Below are positions 60,540 through 64,000 of a stretch of DNA of 64,000 bases, in pieces; the first letter of the stretch is position 1; each line of letters starts with the position of its first letter. The stretch spans positions 354,044-418,043 of the forward strand of contig CAVOMF010000002.1 of NCBI GenBank assembly GCA_963696955.1, given 5' to 3'. The notes under the pieces were generated by a model, which saw nothing but the letters and a program-made list of their open reading frames with translations, was not told the origin of the DNA and ran no database searches. Both the position numbers and the translations under genes were made by a program. This DNA is from an uncultured Actinomycetes bacterium (GTDB taxonomy: Bacteria; Actinomycetota; Thermoleophilia; Solirubrobacterales; 70-9).

Positions 60540-61742
60540 AGCCAACGACCGCTCGAACTCGTCGACCAGATCGAGCAACTCGTCGCACTCCCATACCCGT
60601 CCCCACCTCCGCTCGTTCAGGGGCCTGAGGATTCCGGCATCCACCAGCTGCCTCATCGCGTTGCCGACGGCTACGTGCGACTTGGCCGTGATCCGCTGCC
60701 CCGTAGCTATGTCGATGACCGGCTGCTCGGGTAACGCCGCCACCAGCTGCCGCACAGCGGCGTCGCCGCGCGGCTGGCCCAGTCGCTCCAGCCAGTCCTG
60801 CTGCCGCTCCTCGATGTGCCTGGCAAATCCGACAGCCGCTTCGGCCGCCCGGCCGGTGGCCTCGGCAAAGACCTCGCACCAGGAGCTGACGTCTCCACCG
60901 CTATAGGCGCCAAACCCGTTCACATAGGTTTTCGGTCGCGCCCCCAAAACCAAGCTGATCGGCGGTACGTAGTCCTTGATCTCCTCGCGCCGGCGCAGGA
61001 CCGCGTAGATCAACGCTCTTCCGGTTCTCCCGTTCCCGTCCGCGAAGGGATGGATGTTCTCGAACTGTGCGTGGGCGATCGCCGCCTGGGCGACCGGCGG
61101 CAGGTCGGTCCGTTCGATGAAGCGGCACAGGTCCTCCATCAGCTCGGGGACGTAGCCGGGCGGCGGGGGCACGTAGGTCGCGCCAACCGGGTTGTAGTCG
61201 TTCCCGCCGATCCAGTTCTGCTTTTCGCGGATGACCCCGGCAATGTCCCGGTCCTCCGTATGGCACAAGAGCGTCCGGTGGATCTCGAGGATGTCCTTCA
61301 CCTCGAAGGCCGTAGGCGGCTCCGCCAGGCTGATCGCCCTCTGCATTGCTTCGACGTTTCCCAGTACCTCTGCCGCCTTGCCATCGGCGCGCCCGATTCC
61401 TTCATATTCAGCCCTGGCCAGCCGCTTATGCGAGATAGACACCCCCTCGATCCGGGACGACGCGACGCTCTCAGAGCGCAGCAGGTTCTGCGCGACCGAT
61501 CCCAGCCTCGCGATCCGGGGTGGGTCCTCGGTGAGCCGGACGAGCGCCCGAGCAGCCACCGCCATGGCAGCACTGGCCACGTCACTGAACGAGAGCGACA
61601 GCCCGGCAATCTTCGCCGGTACGAATGCGTCGTAGACGCCACCTCGCCGGGCACGACCAGTGCCATAGGCCTCCGGCTCGCTCGGCCAGAAGTGCTCCTC
61701 GTATCGACCCAGCGGCTCCACTATCCCTACAGAGTTTACCAA
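60528..61742 (-). CDS. Fic-family protein (AMPylase-type) with Fic_N and C-terminal wHTH regions
   Basis: HAQFENIHPFADGNGRTGRALIYAVL is the canonical HxFx(D/E)GNGRxxR motif. 404 aa. Confidence 0.9.
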   Translation of the reverse strand: MVNSVGIVEPLGRYEEHFWPSEPEAYGTGRARRGGVYDAFVPAKIAGLSLSFSDVASAAMAVAARALVRLTEDPPRIARLGSVAQNLLRSESVASSRIEGVSISHKRLARAEYEGIGRADGKAAEVLGNVEAMQRAISLAEPPTAFEVKDILEIHRTLLCHTEDRDIAGVIREKQNWIGGNDYNPVGATYVPPPPGYVPELMEDLCRFIERTDLPPVAQAAIAHAQFENIHPFADGNGRTGRALIYAVLRRREEIKDYVPPISLVLGARPKTYVNGFGAYSGGDVSSWCEVFAEATGRAAEAAVGFARHIEERQQDWLERLGQPRGDAAVRQLVAALPEQPVIDIATGQRITAKSHVAVGNAMRQLVDAGILRPLNERRWGRVWECDELLDLVDEFERSLALTV

Positions 61743-61769
61743 GCTTTGTAAGGTTAAACCGCTTACCTT

Positions 61770-62303
61770 TCAGGCCTGGGTAACGACAAAGCCGCCGAAG
61801 GCCGCCAGCAGCGTGATCCCGAAGCCGACCCCCGCCACCATCAGGGCATGTAGGAGCTTGTCGAACCTCTCGTTGAGGCGCCCCAACTCGACCTTGACTT
61901 CTTTCATCTCGCCTTTGAGCCCTTCCTGCCCAACCCTGAGCTCTCCCACATCGCCTTTGACCCCTCCCAACTCGACTTTGACCCCTCCGAGTTCCCGCCT
62001 AACCTCTCCAACTTCCCCTTTGACATCTCCAACTTCCCCTCGGACGGCTGCGACTTCTCCTCGGACCGCTACGACTTCCCCGCGGACCGCTGCGACTTCC
62101 CCTCGGACCGCTACGACTCCCTCTTTGACTCCGCCCAGTTCGCCCTTCGTGGCGACCTTGGCGAACCTGTCCTTCATCTCGCCTTCGAGCTGCTCGAAGC
62201 GGCGGTCCACCTTGGTGAACCCGTCGTTGACCCGCCGGTTCAGTTCATCGAGCCTCTCGTCGTTCCAAGTGCCCATTTGCCTCTCCATGTCCAGTGCCTC
62301 CAT
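61770..62303 (-). CDS. tail-anchored coiled-coil protein made of about 13 heptad repeats
   Basis: Residues 55-143 are heptads (GVVAVRG EVAAVRG EVVAVRG EVAAVRG EVGDVKG EVGEVRR ELGGVKV ...). C-terminal TM segment LLHALMVAGVGFGITLLAAFGGFVV. Confidence 0.65.
   Translation of the reverse strand: MEALDMERQMGTWNDERLDELNRRVNDGFTKVDRRFEQLEGEMKDRFAKVATKGELGGVKEGVVAVRGEVAAVRGEVVAVRGEVAAVRGEVGDVKGEVGEVRRELGGVKVELGGVKGDVGELRVGQEGLKGEMKEVKVELGRLNERFDKLLHALMVAGVGFGITLLAAFGGFVVTQA
62016..62120. repeat. 21-bp tandem repeats (best-conserved core of a 61875-62141 array)
   Basis: ACTTCCCCTCGGACGGCTGCG / ACTTCTCCTCGGACCGCTACG / ACTTCCCCGCGGACCGCTGCG / ACTTCCCCTCGGACCGCTACG, with degenerate units on both sides. 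In-frame coding repeats. Confidence 0.85.
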
Positions 62304-62508
62304 GATGACAGAAGCGTAGACAAAAAGTTGCTACAGGTTGCACACGAAGGTAATTTCTCTGCGGCGGATATGTGCTGCGGCCGTGACTTCAGGGGAGGCG
62401 ATGGTTGCGACTTAGGCAGCATCTACTAATAAGACAGGACTATTTATTTTAGTTGGGTGTATCGCCTACTATTCTGCCATCGGGACTAGGGCGTCATCCA
62501 ACGGCTCG

Positions 62509-63687
62509 GTGCGGGGAGCGAACGATCCGCGGGTTCTCCTGGCGGATCACCTCCAGCTGCGCTCATCTGAAATCTGTCAAACCATCCTCGACCGCCTCCA
62601 CGCGATGGCGGGCGAGGACGGAGTCAGGGACATCGAGTACCTGCGTGGGCTCGAGGCGGCGGTCTTGAGCGGTGTCGAGTATGGCCTCAAGATCACCATG
62701 CTCGGAAGCACCACGCCACCCCGCTTCCCGGTACCTGTACTGATGCAGCCACGACTCGCCGCTCGTCACCGGATCCCACTGACACTCGTGCTCAACCGGT
62801 ACATCGCGGCACAGGCCGTTCTCATCGAATTCGTCCTGAAATCCGGTACGGAACTCCCTGATGTCAGTCCACCGGTGCTGAATGCGGTGTTGGCGGCCCA
62901 CAACGCGGCATTGAGCGGGCTCGTCACAGCGGTTTCCGCTGAGTACGAGCGAGAGGAGGCCGCTCTTGCCTCAAATGGGAGGTCCCAGCGTGCCGAGCTG
63001 ATTCAGCGTCTCCTACGCGCCGAACCAGTGGATCCGAGCTCGCTGGATTACCCGTTCGACGGATACCACTTGGGGCTGGTGGTGCTATCCCCAGATCCCG
63101 GCCCCCTACTTCGCGCGCTAAGCAAAGAGGTCAACGCCCGTCTGCTCATGACCAAGGCGCCTGATTCGACGACCTGGGCATGGCTAGGTGGGAAGAAGCC
63201 GCCGGACCCGATCGCTGTTTCCGAGTGGGCAGAGGGGAATTGGCCGCGGGCCGTGCCCTGTGGGGCAGGCGAGGTCACGCGCTCCTTGGCCGGCTGGCGC
63301 CGCACCCACGAACAGGCCCGAGCAGCCGCAAGCGTTGCCCACCTGACCTCCCACGCCGTGGCGAAATATCGCGACGTCGCCCTGCTTGCAACCGCCCATC
63401 GAGACCCTCTACTCCTCGCCTCGATGCAGGACATGTACCTGGATCCGCTGAGCCAAGCGGGTGATCGAGGGGAGGTGCTCCGAGCAACGCTTCGTGCATT
63501 CTTCGACGCGAGGCGCAACCGCAAGTCCGCGGGAGCCACCCTTGGGGTTACCCGGCAAACGGTCTCGAAAGACCTCAAGATCGTAGAAGGGCACTTGGAT
63601 CAGCCCATAATCGAATGTGGTGACCTATTGCGGGCCGCCCTCCAGCTTGAGGAACGTGGCGCTTTCCCCACACTTGACAATTGTTAA
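62509..63687 (+). CDS. PucR-like helix-turn-helix regulator (start uncertain)
   Basis: C-terminal LRATLRAFFDARRNRKSAGATLGVTRQTVSKDLKIVEGHL. Confidence 0.65.
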   Translation: MRGANDPRVLLADHLQLRSSEICQTILDRLHAMAGEDGVRDIEYLRGLEAAVLSGVEYGLKITMLGSTTPPRFPVPVLMQPRLAARHRIPLTLVLNRYIAAQAVLIEFVLKSGTELPDVSPPVLNAVLAAHNAALSGLVTAVSAEYEREEAALASNGRSQRAELIQRLLRAEPVDPSSLDYPFDGYHLGLVVLSPDPGPLLRALSKEVNARLLMTKAPDSTTWAWLGGKKPPDPIAVSEWAEGNWPRAVPCGAGEVTRSLAGWRRTHEQARAAASVAHLTSHAVAKYRDVALLATAHRDPLLLASMQDMYLDPLSQAGDRGEVLRATLRAFFDARRNRKSAGATLGVTRQTVSKDLKIVEGHLDQPIIECGDLLRAALQLEERGAFPTLDNC

Positions 63688-63793
63688 TTAACCCTCCCAT
63701 CCTTTTACATCAAGCACCTGAAACTGCTCAGTACGTCCAAGAGACTCTGCCGGGACAGGAGCATTTGCTCTGACACTCGAGATAGGAGGATCT

Positions 63794-64000
63794 ATGCCTG
63801 TTGCTCTGAACAGGATGAAGTTCTGGCTCGCTGCGATCGGCTCGGTGGTAGCACTGGCACTTGTCGTCCAGCCAGCCACGGCGGGGGCGTCCACCAGCCC
63901 GTATTGCGGGGGCTGGAAGAGCCCTTACCAAGAGTGCGGTGGAGAAGGCCGTTGGCTATACCAGACTTACGGTTGGGGAGACCAAGCGTCTGTCTGCGTA
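63794..64000 (+). CDS. secreted Cys-containing protein, 3' end beyond the window
   Basis: AGGAGG lies 4 nt upstream of the ATG. MPVALNRMKFWLAAIGSVVALALVVQPATAGAST signal peptide, then PYCGGWKSPYQECGGEGRW... Confidence 0.5.
   Translation, partial: MPVALNRMKFWLAAIGSVVALALVVQPATAGASTSPYCGGWKSPYQECGGEGRWLYQTYGWGDQASVCV

Noticed and set aside
61875-62141. Regular 21-bp repeats that could be mistaken for a CRISPR array or a minisatellite
   Set aside because: There are no spacers. The units are contiguous, in-frame and translate to heptads inside a 177-aa ORF with a C-terminal TM helix, so they are coding repeats.
1-64000. Looked for CRISPR arrays, rRNA genes, integrases, transposases/IS elements, and phage structural genes
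   Set aside because: None was recognised. The only repeats found are those listed (the ~250-bp module x2, the 231-bp palindromic element, the 164-bp direct repeats and the 21-bp coding repeats). Absence is judged by eye only.

Overview
64-kb window from a very GC-rich, Actinomycetota-type chromosome. GC content and strand bias were judged by eye, and many long 'shadow' ORFs lie antisense to real genes.

Layout:
- 1-10.7 kb is a less GC-rich accessory patch. It holds a partial sigma factor, a GHKL/MORC-like ATPase divergent from a GIY-YIG nuclease, hicBA, a 5'-truncated OLD-family ATPase-Toprim gene, an ECF sigma/anti-sigma pair, a tRNA-3'-end-like fragment, and an HNH endonuclease with an overlapping partner.
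- 10.7-58 kb is mostly housekeeping or metabolic. It includes an arylsulfotransferase, an alkyl sulfatase, ogt, mmsA, LigD, an M1 peptidase, glycerate kinase, an ABC-2 exporter, an MMPL transporter and a gamma-glutamylation amine-catabolism cluster.
- 14.6-16.9 kb interrupts this with a three-gene insert: a Pol-beta nucleotidyltransferase, an unknown protein, and a SLOG/TIR-like fusion. This is my best candidate for an undescribed nucleotide-signalling defence system.
- 56.8-63.7 kb is a second accessory patch. It has toxin-antitoxin-like modules, a 1.9-kb cassette bracketed by 164-bp direct repeats, a Fic protein and a tail-anchored protein built from 21-bp tandem repeats.

About eleven apparent single-base frameshifts are present, five of them in one DEAD-box helicase, and nearly all are in the same direction. 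They may be assembly indels rather than true pseudogenes.

No rRNA, intact tRNA, CRISPR array, integrase or transposase was recognised. All family calls rest on motif recognition by eye; no searches were run.
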